Notes: generated from the sequence alone by a model not told the origin. DNA of 64,000 bases from an uncultured Bacteroidota bacterium (GCA_903883965.1 CAISCU010000006.1:4103-68102); one strand, 5' to 3'. Numbered from the stretch's first letter, positions 31,392-42,440 are shown. Translations and numbers: made by a program.

Positions 31392-32108
31392 TTAATCGGA
31401 TTCTTCGGTAATCAATACAAATTTGTATCCAATTCCCCTTGCGGAGTGAATGTAATTAGGTTGTTTTGGATCTTCTTCAAAGTATTTTCTCAGTGCCAAA
31501 ACAAAATTATCAATGGTTCGGGTATTAGGGATAACCGTATAATCCCAAACTACTTTAAGAATGCGCTCTCTGCTTACCACTTGGTTTTTATTTTCTATGA
31601 GCAAACGCATGAGTAAAATTTCTTTTTTAGTTAACTCAAATACCCCATTTACTCCTTTTGCCTCATGGCTTTCAAAGTTGATCCAGTTGTTACCAAAATG
31701 AAAAAGTTTTGGAATACTGCTTTCGCTTTTGATTTTTATTTGTTTGCTTTTTTGCAATAGTTTTTGAACCCTCAAAATTAATTCTTCCAATTCAAAAGGT
31801 TTTGTCAAATAATCATCTGCTCCTTTTCTGAGACCGTTTATTCTGTCTTCTGCGGTATTTTTGGCCGATAAAAACAAGATGGGAATATGGGCATCGTACA
31901 AACGCAAATTTTCACAAACCATTAGTCCGTCCATTTCGGGTAACATAATATCTAGAATAACTAAGTCAAACTTCTGCTCTCTAAATGCTTTGATACTTTC
32001 AGTACCTGTTCGGCAAACAAAAACGTCATAAGACTCCAATTCTAGGTTCAGTTTGAGTGCATGTTGTAGATGCAACTCATCTTCTACCAATAATATTCTA
32101 TCACTCAT
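31392..32108 (-). CDS. OmpR-family response regulator
   Basis: LLVEDE, LDIMLP, GADDYLTKPF, wHTH RTIDN..RGIGY. Confidence 0.93.
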   Translation of the reverse strand: MSDRILLVEDELHLQHALKLNLELESYDVFVCRTGTESIKAFREQKFDLVILDIMLPEMDGLMVCENLRLYDAHIPILFLSAKNTAEDRINGLRKGADDYLTKPFELEELILRVQKLLQKSKQIKIKSESSIPKLFHFGNNWINFESHEAKGVNGVFELTKKEILLMRLLIENKNQVVSRERILKVVWDYTVIPNTRTIDNFVLALRKYFEEDPKQPNYIHSARGIGYKFVLITEESD

Positions 32109-33207
32109 GGGTTTTAAATCTTATTTTGAAAATACTTCCGCCATCTAAACCATTTTCCACAACCACATCTGCTCCTAATTTGATAGCCAAATTTTTCACT
32201 ATATATAACCCCAAACCTGTACCATTTGTTTTACGGGTATTTTCGTCCCCAATTCTAAAAAACTTATTGAACAATTCTTTTTTAGCAGATTCACTAATAC
32301 CAGGTCCTTTATCAATCACTGACATCTCCACCTGTTTTTCATGTTTTGTCAGTACAACCTGAATTGCAGAATTGTCGGGAGCATATTTAACTGCATTTGA
32401 GAGTAAATTGGTTAAAATGGTATCTACTGCTGAGCTATCGGCGTACACAAAAATTTCGGGTTGAACAGTCAATTGAACGCGTTCTTTTAAATTTCTTGGT
32501 GTGACAAAAAACAATACCGACTTTTCTACCAATTTGCTCAAATTCACTTCTTCTAAATTCAAATGAAACTGCGTGCTGTCAAGCCTTGCAGACAATAACA
32601 GGTTTTCAACTAATAAATTCAGTCTTTCGTTTTCAGCAAGTGAATTTTGGATGATGGTTTCTATTTGTGTTTGTTCTAACTTTCTTTTTTGAAGTGTTTC
32701 TAAATACAGTTTTATTGCTGTTAAAGGTGTTTTGAGCTCATGTGTTACAGAAAGTAAAAAATTGGTTTGATTACGCTTGAGCGCAAGGTCTTTTTTAAAG
32801 GTTGCATATATTCTGTAAAGGCCCCAGAAAATAATCGCCATAATGGCAAGCCCCTCTAAAATGTACATCCAAAGTTTGCGTTTGTAGGCAGTTTCAAGAG
32901 AAAGGTAAGAGCTCTCTAAAGGCCTAATCATGAAATTAGATATAGGGTCAGCATTTGGCAAAAAAACCAATTCTAGCTTTGGAAAATGAAGTATGAAATA
33001 TTTTTTCATGCCTATACTGTCTTCATACAATTCTTGCTGTTTGGCCAATTCAACATCTATGCTTGCTTTGTAGCACATTGTTTCAATGTTTTCTTTTTCA
33101 AGTTCATAGATCAGTTTTGCCGATCTACAATGGGCATAGGTCCACCAACTGAAAGCGCTTATAATGTAAAAAGACAGTAAAATAAAAATCAGTTTAGGGC
33201 TAATCAA
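32101..33207 (-). CDS. Sensor histidine kinase
   Basis: Two TMs; THELKTPL H-box; NLLSNAVKY, DKGPGI, GTGLGL. Confidence 0.93.
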   Translation of the reverse strand: MISPKLIFILLSFYIISAFSWWTYAHCRSAKLIYELEKENIETMCYKASIDVELAKQQELYEDSIGMKKYFILHFPKLELVFLPNADPISNFMIRPLESSYLSLETAYKRKLWMYILEGLAIMAIIFWGLYRIYATFKKDLALKRNQTNFLLSVTHELKTPLTAIKLYLETLQKRKLEQTQIETIIQNSLAENERLNLLVENLLLSARLDSTQFHLNLEEVNLSKLVEKSVLFFVTPRNLKERVQLTVQPEIFVYADSSAVDTILTNLLSNAVKYAPDNSAIQVVLTKHEKQVEMSVIDKGPGISESAKKELFNKFFRIGDENTRKTNGTGLGLYIVKNLAIKLGADVVVENGLDGGSIFKIRFKTHE

Positions 33208-33213
33208 GAGCTT

Positions 33214-33429
33214 TTAAGAATTTAAGATGGTTCTTTCTTGTTTGATGTATTTTTTTAAATTGATCCAGAAGGCCATTACCAAGTATACAATCAATGGAGA
33301 TCCAATGGTTAAGCAAGATGCATATATAAAGTACAGCCGAATCCGATTGCTGGATATACCAAACTTTTCACCGATGTAGCTACATACTCCAAAAGCGCTT
33401 TTTTCTATACTGTATTTGATATTTTCCAT
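33214..33429 (-). CDS. PspC domain protein
   Basis: FGVCSYIGEKFGI..IRLYFIY..YLVMAFW. Confidence 0.8.
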   Translation of the reverse strand: MENIKYSIEKSAFGVCSYIGEKFGISSNRIRLYFIYASCLTIGSPLIVYLVMAFWINLKKYIKQERTILNS

Positions 33430-33583
33430 TTGTTAATGCTGCAAGTTTGGTAGCTTTCAACGTGATGAATATACGCTTATTTTATTAAAAACACATTAAT
33501 AGACAGTTTTGCTGTCGGATTGTTTTTAAAATCATTATTTTGCATTGCTTTTTACAGCTGTAAAAGCAAAAAAAATTGAATAC

Positions 33584-35845
33584 ATGAAAAAAATTATTTT
33601 TACTTTTTTGGGTCTCGGTTTTTTAATGGCCAAAGCCCAAACCACTTTGCCAACATCGTGGAGTTTTGCAAATCCTGCTCCAACTGGTGCTGCATCACCT
33701 AGCCCAACCGGTCCTGAATCTAATGGTCCTACAGGTTGGTCAACTAAATTAGACATCAATGCTTCAGGTAATACACCATTTACCTACTCTTCAGGTCAGG
33801 ACGGGAATGCTGCTTGTAAACTGGATGCAACTGGTGAATACGTGAAAATATGGTTTACCGACAAGCCCGGAGCTTTGAGTTATTATATCAAAGGAACAGC
33901 CATTTCACCAAATCCACCTTTCTCAGGCACATTTACTGTTCAACAATCTGCAGATGGTACTACTTGGTCTGATTTACATGTGTTTACTCAAGCAAATTTA
34001 ACTGCCACAAGTTTTACAAATTTTATTGATACACCTGCCGCAAATACACGTTATGTGCGCTTTTATTATTCACAGAAAGTATCCGGTTCAAATATTTCAT
34101 TAGACAATATTACATTGGCCAGTGCTCCTGCTACTCCAGCACCTAAAATGAATATCAAACAAGGTTCAAGTGACATTGTCAATTTCAGTACATTTGTTAT
34201 AGGCAAATCTGCCGCAACCACTTTTACCGTTGAAAACAAGGGCACTGCAGATACTTTGTTTGTAAATGGAGTTACCACAGGTGGTGATGCACTTGCAGAT
34301 TATACAATTACAGGTGCACCATTAGCAGTACCAGCAAATAGTTCTGCTACTTTTATTGTTAATTTCAGCACCAATTTAACGGGTACTAGAAAGGCATCTA
34401 TAACCATCAATTCTAATGATCCAGATAAACCACAGTTTTTAGTTTACTTATACGGTATTGGAGGTGATTTTGCATCAGAACCAACAGCTCAAGCCAGTTC
34501 TTTGAATTTTACCAATGTAAAAGCATACAGTTTCAATGTGAATTATTCAGCATCTGCTGCATCTGAAAAATATTTGGTGCTGAAAAAATTAGGTTCAGCA
34601 ATTACAGCAGCACCTATAGATGGGCAAACCTACCAAAGAGGAGATATCATAGGCGATGCACAAGTAGCAATGGTAGGAACTGATACCACTTTTAAACCAT
34701 CTTATGTATTGGCCAATTCTACTTATCATTATGCCGTATTTCCTTTCAATGGTCCAACAGGTTTTGAAAATTACACAGCCAATTCGCTTGCTAACAGTGT
34801 CAATACAACAGGTGCTAACTCAGGAAATTACTATACCGGAATTGACCCAACCAAATCAACTTTTCTAACAGATTTATCGGCTAAAATTAACACACACGAT
34901 ACCATTTACTACAGCAATTTTTCTAGTTCTTTGGTAAATAATTGGTTGGCCAAGGACACTACTGCTGGTAGAAAAGTAGTTTATTGTGTGTACACTCATT
35001 TGCCTTATGTTTATACTGAACCATTTGTATGGGCAAGTTCCGCTTCAAATGGTAATTTAACCAGAGAACATACCTATGCTCAAAGTTGGATGCCGAGCAA
35101 TATAGGCAATGCAAATTGGCCTAATGGAAGCAACAACAAAGAACTTCCTGAATACAACGACCAACACCATTTGTTTCCTGCAGACCAACTCAACGCAAAT
35201 GCTGTGCGCTCTAACTCTTCATTTGGTGAAGTTGTAACTGTACAATCTACTTCTCCATCTGGTTTTGGTAAATTAGGAACCAATGCCAATGGAATTAAAG
35301 TTTGGGAGCCTAAGGATGAACACAAAGGTGATGTAGCCAGGGCATTGTTTTACATGGCAACTTGTTACAATGGGGTAGATAGTAAAAACTGGGGAATGGG
35401 TATTGGTGCATTTAGCCAAGACACAGCAGTTTTGATGAAATGGCACAGACAAGATCCACCTAGTGAACACGAAATTGCCAGACATGAATATGTTTATTCA
35501 ATTCAAAAAAATAGAAACCCTTTTATTGACCATCCTGAATGGGCAAATTCAATCAATTTTGTAAACATGACATGGATTCCAACTTCTTCGGTGGGTTTGA
35601 AAGAACAAAATGCATTGAGTCAAGTTCAAGTTTACCCGAACCCAGTTCAAGAATCACAAATTACATTAAATGGTGCGCCATTTGGTACACATGCTTTGTT
35701 ATTTGATTATTCTGGCAAATTGATTTTCAAAGGGGATGTAGATGCCAACAATAGCATTCAAACAGGAAAATTAAACGCAGGAGTGTATTTATTGGAATTG
35801 AATTTCAATGGTGCCAAAAGCTATCACAAAGTGTTGAGCAACTAA
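33584..35845 (+). CDS. T9SS-secreted endonuclease I family nuclease with Ig-like and FN3-like modules
   Basis: REHTYAQSW, DQHHLFP, N..RSN, EP..KGDVARALFYM, NRNPFIDHPE; YPNP CTD. Confidence 0.87.
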   Translation: MKKIIFTFLGLGFLMAKAQTTLPTSWSFANPAPTGAASPSPTGPESNGPTGWSTKLDINASGNTPFTYSSGQDGNAACKLDATGEYVKIWFTDKPGALSYYIKGTAISPNPPFSGTFTVQQSADGTTWSDLHVFTQANLTATSFTNFIDTPAANTRYVRFYYSQKVSGSNISLDNITLASAPATPAPKMNIKQGSSDIVNFSTFVIGKSAATTFTVENKGTADTLFVNGVTTGGDALADYTITGAPLAVPANSSATFIVNFSTNLTGTRKASITINSNDPDKPQFLVYLYGIGGDFASEPTAQASSLNFTNVKAYSFNVNYSASAASEKYLVLKKLGSAITAAPIDGQTYQRGDIIGDAQVAMVGTDTTFKPSYVLANSTYHYAVFPFNGPTGFENYTANSLANSVNTTGANSGNYYTGIDPTKSTFLTDLSAKINTHDTIYYSNFSSSLVNNWLAKDTTAGRKVVYCVYTHLPYVYTEPFVWASSASNGNLTREHTYAQSWMPSNIGNANWPNGSNNKELPEYNDQHHLFPADQLNANAVRSNSSFGEVVTVQSTSPSGFGKLGTNANGIKVWEPKDEHKGDVARALFYMATCYNGVDSKNWGMGIGAFSQDTAVLMKWHRQDPPSEHEIARHEYVYSIQKNRNPFIDHPEWANSINFVNMTWIPTSSVGLKEQNALSQVQVYPNPVQESQITLNGAPFGTHALLFDYSGKLIFKGDVDANNSIQTGKLNAGVYLLELNFNGAKSYHKVLSN

Positions 35846-35867
35846 TTTTAGATACATATTGTATCAT

Positions 35868-35900
35868 CAAAAGGAGGCGAGATGCCTCCTTTTGTATTTT
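35868..35900 (+). terminator. Intrinsic terminator
   Basis: CAAAAGGAGGC-gagat-GCCTCCTTTTG hairpin then T-rich tail. Confidence 0.8.
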
Positions 35901-35958
35901 TAAACAATGAATGTTTGGCAAATTTGTTACCTTTATAGCAAGTATTTTAGTCTACCAA

Positions 35959-38900
35959 ATGTTCAAACCTATACAAATATCAGTTGTCTTTTGTTGCATG
36001 GTTTTTTGTGCGTTTTCTGCAAATGCTCAAATCTATTTTTCCGAAAATTTTGATCAAGCTTTTCAGATTAGCACCAATGCACCAATTGGGTGGACACAAA
36101 CTGCCAATAATTTATTGGGTGATGGATTGGCAACACCCAATGGTATTGATGGGCCTAAAAATTGGGAACAAAATAACAGTCCACAATCTACTTGGTTAAA
36201 AGGCTCAAATCAAGGCGTTGCCCCCTTAACAACTATTGGAAACGGTGTTTTGTGGTTGGAAGATTTTGCATTTGGTCCTCAAGCAAATACCATGTCGAGA
36301 AGGATTGAAACCCCAGCTATTAACTTAACTGCAGCTGTTGAGCCTTATTTGAAATTCAATTATTTTTGCGCGCAAGCTTCAAACGCTTTATACCCTCTGG
36401 TATTAATGGCTTCGGCTGATAATGGTTTAACTTGGAAACCAATTGCACATGTTCAACCCAATGCCGCAATTCCTACCACCTCACGCAGTGGATCTGGGGC
36501 CATGAGTGCAGCAACTAATTGGTCAAATATTTTCCTAAAAATCCCTTCTAATTATTGGGTATCACAAGCAAAATTTGCCTTTTACAGGAATGCATCTTAC
36601 AACCAAACAGCCAACTTATTTATAGATAGTTTGTGTGTTTTAGAATATACACCTACTACTATTCAATCAGTTCAAAGTGGCTTGTGGAGCAATCCCAGTA
36701 CATGGGCTGGAGCTGTGGTTCCTGATGCCAATTCACATGTAATTGTTTCGGCTAACCACACCGTTGAAATAGATGTAAACATTGCAAGAACCCAACGCTT
36801 AACCATTGATGGAACCTTGCGTTTTTATTCTTCATCAAGCGAACAAGTTTTGCAAACATTTGATCAAATGACCATCAGCTCAAATGGAAGCTATACCTCT
36901 AATACTACAATTAGTAATTTGGTTTCGAGGTGGACTTTTATAGGTGCAGGCCTCACAAATAATGGCAGTATCAATGTGAGCGGATCTACTAGTACTGCTT
37001 TGTTGTTTTCAGGGGGCAGTTCAGCCATCATCAATGGTTTAGGAACCTATAGCAATGGACACATACCAAGAATCTATCAACTCAATGCTGCTGGATTAAA
37101 TATATTGGCTCCATTAACTGTGAGCAATGCTTTTTATTTGATTGAAGGACCTGTACTGCAAGCGCAACTCTTGACTATTGGTTCAAGCGCTTTGGGTACA
37201 ACAGTAACCATTATAAAGAATGCCCGTTCTTCTTTTTTAAATAGACCCATATTGCCCAAATTAACAGTCAATAGAAATGTATTGTATGGGGGTACTGTGA
37301 ATGGCAATATGCCTGCTGCAATTCTCGGAAAAGACACTATTTTTAATGGCTATGAATGCGATTCTTTGAACAGTACAGAATCTATTATTTATGGTGGCTT
37401 AACCATTAATACCATGGACCACGTGAAACTCAGCTCAAACCTTCGGGTGGGCAGTTCAACACTTGGTGGTTCTTTGGCTTGTCAAAGGGGAATTGTTTTT
37501 ACAACAGCATCGAATTTATTGATTTTGGGCCCTTTGAGTACAGGTAGTATAGGTGCTGAGCCGGCTACCTCTAATCCTCCAACAACACAAGGTTCCTACG
37601 TAGTTGGGCCCATTAAATTTGAAAGAAACAACAGCAATTCAAACAGTATTTATATTCCGTTAGGATTGGGTACATCTTATTTACAAAATACGGTGAGCAG
37701 CAACCATTTAAAAACATTGGTTTTAAATCCGGGTGCCAATTGGAATAACCAGCAACTGACTTTTAAAATTTTATCGCAAACCAGTGGTCCTTTAGATACT
37801 GGTTTAACCTCTTTAATGTCTGATAAAACCTATCATATTGATTTGAATTCGGGTAACGACTTGCCGATAACAGCAAGCCTCACACTTCGTGGCATGAATT
37901 ATTCTTATGGCAATAGCGATAATTTATCTGGTAATATTAATCAGGTATATGTGGCTCAAGCTACTGGTCCAGCTGGCAACACCTGGAGAAGAAGGGGATT
38001 GCCTTCTAACAGCACTGGAAGCTTTGTTTCCAACACCATTTATACGTTTACATCTACTACAGCTTCACCTTATGGACCAATTGCTCCATTGGCTAGTAAG
38101 GGAAATTATTTTACATTGGTTTCCAATGCACCTGTCATGGGCATTTCAGGTACTACCATCACACGCAATACAGCTGTTATTGCAGCAGGTTCTCAAAACA
38201 ATGTCATGCTTAGGGTTAAAATCAGTACCAATGGACAACTCAACCGAAACCTTACACAATTCAATTTGTCTACTATAGGTACTAAAAATAATTTAGCCAT
38301 TGCAGCAGCTAAAATTTATTATACAGGTGCTGATTCTGTTTTCTCAACAGCAACTCAGTTTGGCTCAAGCATACTTAACCCAATAGGAAATTTTGTTTGT
38401 GCTGGTACCCAATCTTTGTTGGCTGGGAACAATTATTTTTGGATAGTTTATTCGGTTTCTGCTCAGGCCAATATTGGCGATAGTTTAGCTGCAAATGTGA
38501 ACAATTATGTGTTTAATGGCAGCACCCAAACACCAATATTGCCCAATCAAGATTACAGGGTAGTAACTGCAGCAATGAGTTTGTTGAATATGCAGGCAGT
38601 TCAAACTAATTTTTACAAAGTAGAGCAAGGTTCGGTTAACAATCAATTGTTGGATATTCGCTTGGTTATGAGCAGTACAGGAGCTCCAACAACGCTCACA
38701 GAATTTACTTTCAATACAAATGGTTCGGGTGCAAACCCTGCCGCATTAATTACAAATGCGCAATTGTATTATACAGGTAAAAGTGCTGTTTTTTCGACTC
38801 AAAATTTAATTGGAAAACTGATGAATCCGCAGGGAGTATACTCCTTAATAGCCAATATCAATCTAGCAAATGATACCAATTATTTTTGGTTAACCTATGA

Positions 38901-40869
38901 CATAGCCAATTATGCAACTGTGGGCGATTCGGTAGGTTCAAACCTGCAGTCATTGACAATTGCAGGTCAACTATTCAATAACAATTCAATTGGGGTATTT
39001 AACAGAAAAATAGTACAAGCTTATTGTAAATCATACGCCCAAAGCATCACCGACGAAGAAATTTGGAATGTTACATTGTCAAACCTAACAAACAGCACAA
39101 CATGTAGTTCTATTGGAGCTTATGGGTCTATACTAAATGCCTATAATAATTATACTTTGTTACCTGCTGCCAATTGTACAAAAGGACAGATCTATCAACT
39201 CTCATTGCTATTGGGTTCTTGTGCGGCAACCAATACCTCTAATGCAGCTGTTTTTATAGATTTTAACCAAAATGGTTTATTTACTGATGCTGGAGAACTG
39301 GTTTATACAAGCGGTTCGCATACGAGTAACAATACAGCAGGATTGTTTTTTACTGGAAACATAAAGGTGCCCATTTATGCCATTACTGGCCCTACAAGAA
39401 TGAGGGTAGTATATGCTGAACAATCTACTACACCATCACCATGTGGTGCATACGGCTATGGAGAAACAGAAGACTATACTGTTTTTATAAATGATCCAGT
39501 TGCAGGAACTTATACCTGGACAGGTACTTTGTCTAACGATTATACACAGCCCAATAACTGGTTACCATCACGAGTGGTTCCTAGTTTTGGAGACAGGTTG
39601 ATTTTTAATAGTACAGCAAACATTCAGCAGGTAATAACAGAACAAGTAAAGTCTATGTTTGTTGCCGATGGCATACAGGTTCAATTCAATGGTACTCATG
39701 GAGCAGTAATCAATGTCTTTGATACCCTTCAATTAGGCAATAATTCAAAGGTATTTTTAAAAGACAATATACAGCTCAAATTGGGTGCAGATACTACTTA
39801 CAACGGCACTTTAATAAGTGCTTCAAACGGTGGCATATTGGGTAATTTTTGTAGGTGGTTGAATGGCAACAATACCAGCCTTCTTTTTCCACTCATTGAT
39901 ACATTTGGATTGAGTAAAAAGTTGACTTTTACATTGAATCAATTGCCAGTAACATATGGCAGTGTAACGTTTCAGTTTATACAGCAAAAACCTTCAGATT
40001 TAGGCTTGCCATTGTTTGACCAAAGCGCATCTAAATGGGCACATCTGGTAGGGGTTAATGGTTACTGGGAAATGAGCCAACAAGGTTTTCCGTCTTTAAT
40101 AGATTACAATATACAACTTTCTGCCAATGGCTTTTATGGAGTGCAAAATGCTGCTGAATTGGTACTTATTTATAGGTCAGATTCAAACGCTAGTTGGCAA
40201 TCTTTGGGAGTACATGTGCCTACCACAGGTTCAAATACAATGCCCATTTTAGGTAGACAGTCTTTGACTCAAATTGGGCAATTTGGGGTAGGTTCAGACA
40301 TCAATTACAATTCTTTACCAGTTAAATTTTTGAGTGTTGATGCATGGAGAAATTTAAATGATGTAATGGTGTCTTGGAAAACTGCATTGGAAATAAACAA
40401 TATGGGATTTGAAATACAAAGAAGTGTAAATGATCAAGCCTATGATTCCATTGGATTTGTAAATGGAGCAGTTAATAGCATGCAAGTGCAATCTTATTCA
40501 TTTACAGACAATGATGCTTTTGTAAAAACAGCCAGCAATGAATTGTATTACCGCATTAAACAAATAGATGTAGATGGAAAGGCTACCTATACCCAATCAA
40601 AAAAGGTAATGGGCAATTCCATTCCATTTGCAGCAAAACCTGTTCCATTTACCAATCAATTATTGCTTTCTTTTTCTATGCCTTACCCTGGTAAAGCCAA
40701 TATTGCATTGTTGAATTTATCTGGTAAAAAGGTATTGGAACTAAACCCAGAATTAATGAGTGGAAACCAACAATTATTATTACCCAATTTAGAAGCTTTG
40801 CCTTCGGGTGTATACCTGTTGGAATTCCAAACCGATTCTGAACACATTCTATTGAAAGTTTTAAAATGA
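35959..40869 (+). CDS. Large T9SS cargo with GEVED domain and two BNR-neuraminidase-N-terminal-like modules
   Basis: FIDFNQNGLFTDAGE..TRMRV..GETEDY; two GNNYFW/DTNYFW modules; LPVKF..W.TA.E.NN.GFEIQRS and CTD. Confidence 0.78.
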   Translation: MFKPIQISVVFCCMVFCAFSANAQIYFSENFDQAFQISTNAPIGWTQTANNLLGDGLATPNGIDGPKNWEQNNSPQSTWLKGSNQGVAPLTTIGNGVLWLEDFAFGPQANTMSRRIETPAINLTAAVEPYLKFNYFCAQASNALYPLVLMASADNGLTWKPIAHVQPNAAIPTTSRSGSGAMSAATNWSNIFLKIPSNYWVSQAKFAFYRNASYNQTANLFIDSLCVLEYTPTTIQSVQSGLWSNPSTWAGAVVPDANSHVIVSANHTVEIDVNIARTQRLTIDGTLRFYSSSSEQVLQTFDQMTISSNGSYTSNTTISNLVSRWTFIGAGLTNNGSINVSGSTSTALLFSGGSSAIINGLGTYSNGHIPRIYQLNAAGLNILAPLTVSNAFYLIEGPVLQAQLLTIGSSALGTTVTIIKNARSSFLNRPILPKLTVNRNVLYGGTVNGNMPAAILGKDTIFNGYECDSLNSTESIIYGGLTINTMDHVKLSSNLRVGSSTLGGSLACQRGIVFTTASNLLILGPLSTGSIGAEPATSNPPTTQGSYVVGPIKFERNNSNSNSIYIPLGLGTSYLQNTVSSNHLKTLVLNPGANWNNQQLTFKILSQTSGPLDTGLTSLMSDKTYHIDLNSGNDLPITASLTLRGMNYSYGNSDNLSGNINQVYVAQATGPAGNTWRRRGLPSNSTGSFVSNTIYTFTSTTASPYGPIAPLASKGNYFTLVSNAPVMGISGTTITRNTAVIAAGSQNNVMLRVKISTNGQLNRNLTQFNLSTIGTKNNLAIAAAKIYYTGADSVFSTATQFGSSILNPIGNFVCAGTQSLLAGNNYFWIVYSVSAQANIGDSLAANVNNYVFNGSTQTPILPNQDYRVVTAAMSLLNMQAVQTNFYKVEQGSVNNQLLDIRLVMSSTGAPTTLTEFTFNTNGSGANPAALITNAQLYYTGKSAVFSTQNLIGKLMNPQGVYSLIANINLANDTNYFWLTYDIANYATVGDSVGSNLQSLTIAGQLFNNNSIGVFNRKIVQAYCKSYAQSITDEEIWNVTLSNLTNSTTCSSIGAYGSILNAYNNYTLLPAANCTKGQIYQLSLLLGSCAATNTSNAAVFIDFNQNGLFTDAGELVYTSGSHTSNNTAGLFFTGNIKVPIYAITGPTRMRVVYAEQSTTPSPCGAYGYGETEDYTVFINDPVAGTYTWTGTLSNDYTQPNNWLPSRVVPSFGDRLIFNSTANIQQVITEQVKSMFVADGIQVQFNGTHGAVINVFDTLQLGNNSKVFLKDNIQLKLGADTTYNGTLISASNGGILGNFCRWLNGNNTSLLFPLIDTFGLSKKLTFTLNQLPVTYGSVTFQFIQQKPSDLGLPLFDQSASKWAHLVGVNGYWEMSQQGFPSLIDYNIQLSANGFYGVQNAAELVLIYRSDSNASWQSLGVHVPTTGSNTMPILGRQSLTQIGQFGVGSDINYNSLPVKFLSVDAWRNLNDVMVSWKTALEINNMGFEIQRSVNDQAYDSIGFVNGAVNSMQVQSYSFTDNDAFVKTASNELYYRIKQIDVDGKATYTQSKKVMGNSIPFAAKPVPFTNQLLLSFSMPYPGKANIALLNLSGKKVLELNPELMSGNQQLLLPNLEALPSGVYLLEFQTDSEHILLKVLK

Positions 40870-40884
40870 TTCTGTTGATTTGCA

Positions 40885-41724
40885 ATGAAAATGACAATAA
40901 AAAAATACATATTTAGTTTAGCTATTGCTACACTTGTTTTGGGGTGTAGCAGTGAAAAAGATGCAAGTTTCACCGACAATTGTGGTGGCAAAGCCCCTGG
41001 TGGAGCAGTTGGATTATTAATGGATGTGAGCAGAGATTACCAAATGGGTTTGTCTACGGCCAATCAAATTGATTCAGATCCTAAAAACTATCAAGTATTG
41101 GATTCAGCCAAATATGCCACAGCCTATGGCTATTTGTATGCCATTCGTAACAATATTTTAAACTCAGGAAAAGTGTATTACAGAAATGAATTTCCTTGGC
41201 GTGTTCGCATCATTAAAAATGACAGCGTGCTGAATGCTTTTTGTACTCCTGGTGGCTTTATTTATGTATACACTGGTATAATCAAATACCTCGATAACGA
41301 AACACAATTGGCAGGGGTATTGGGTCATGAAATTGCCCATGCAGACAGAAGGCATGGTGCCAATCAAATGCTCAAACAATATGGTTTACAAACATTGATA
41401 GATATTTTTACTAGTGGAACCACCCAACAGTTGGCAACTTTGGCAGAAAATTTATTGATGCTCAAATTTAGTAGAACTGATGAAACGGAAGCCGATGATT
41501 ACAGTGTAAGGTATTTATTGGGTACACCTTATGATGCTCAAGGAGCAAAATTTTTCTTTCAAAAAATAGGCGGTTCACAACGTGTACCAGAATTTTTAAG
41601 CACACACCCCAATCCAGACAACAGGGTCAATAACATTGAAGCCACCTGGAGTTGTTTGGGAAGTGGAGGCAATAAAGAACTATTTGCACAACGCTATGCT
41701 TTGTTCAAAGCCAGTTTGCCTTAA
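40885..41724 (+). CDS. M48-family metallopeptidase lipoprotein
   Basis: VLGC lipobox; NAFCTPGG, HEIAH, ETEAD, STHP. Confidence 0.9.
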   Translation: MKMTIKKYIFSLAIATLVLGCSSEKDASFTDNCGGKAPGGAVGLLMDVSRDYQMGLSTANQIDSDPKNYQVLDSAKYATAYGYLYAIRNNILNSGKVYYRNEFPWRVRIIKNDSVLNAFCTPGGFIYVYTGIIKYLDNETQLAGVLGHEIAHADRRHGANQMLKQYGLQTLIDIFTSGTTQQLATLAENLLMLKFSRTDETEADDYSVRYLLGTPYDAQGAKFFFQKIGGSQRVPEFLSTHPNPDNRVNNIEATWSCLGSGGNKELFAQRYALFKASLP

Positions 41725-41735
41725 CAGGCTAAAAT

Positions 41736-42440
41736 TTATAAGTTTTTGTTGTAGGTAGTTACATCAACTAAATCAAGCAAGGCAACTCTGTTTTGCTCAA
41801 AAAATGCATAATCTAAATTGCGAATTTCTGCTTCATCTTTGAAGTTGAAAGGGTATGCTTTTTCGGGATTATTGGGGTTTCTCTTGGTAACAATTCCTAA
41901 ACCTTGGTCTGTGTCTACTACACATACATTGAGGTCTTTTCTAAATGCCTTTAAATAAACAATGGTTTTCCAAACATCACCTTTCCAGCCACCAGTAAAT
42001 CCTCTTTCTTTCCATGCTGCAAAAGAAATTTCTTCTTCTTTGCTCAATGGGTTACAGTCGTGTAAAATAATGACACCATTGTCTGTTAAATGGTTCAAAC
42101 AATTGACAGCATCACGGGTAGAGTAATCAAACTCATGCATGCCATCAATAAAGCAAACGTCAAACTTTTCAGTTGGTTTATGGTTTTCAAAAAAGCTGTC
42201 GCTGGTAATCTCAAAATACTTTGCATTGAGGTTAGAAAGCAATGCAGGGCGATTGGGCTTTGCTATATAACGGGTAAGTTTTTTAAAATTGTCGAATTTA
42301 AATTCTGGATCTACGGCAATTTTATTTTTCACCTGAATGGAGAAAAAAACATTTCCTTGGTCAACACCTATTTCTAAATAGTTTTTTCCTGTGTTTTTAT
42401 TGATGAAATATTGAATAAAATCGTGTCTTTTGGTTAGCAT
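41736..42440 (-). CDS. Class I SAM methyltransferase (Methyltransf_24-like)
   Basis: YLEIGV, AVDP, FIDGMH, ILHDC, W.GDVWK. Confidence 0.8.
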   Translation of the reverse strand: MLTKRHDFIQYFINKNTGKNYLEIGVDQGNVFFSIQVKNKIAVDPEFKFDNFKKLTRYIAKPNRPALLSNLNAKYFEITSDSFFENHKPTEKFDVCFIDGMHEFDYSTRDAVNCLNHLTDNGVIILHDCNPLSKEEEISFAAWKERGFTGGWKGDVWKTIVYLKAFRKDLNVCVVDTDQGLGIVTKRNPNNPEKAYPFNFKDEAEIRNLDYAFFEQNRVALLDLVDVTTYNKNL

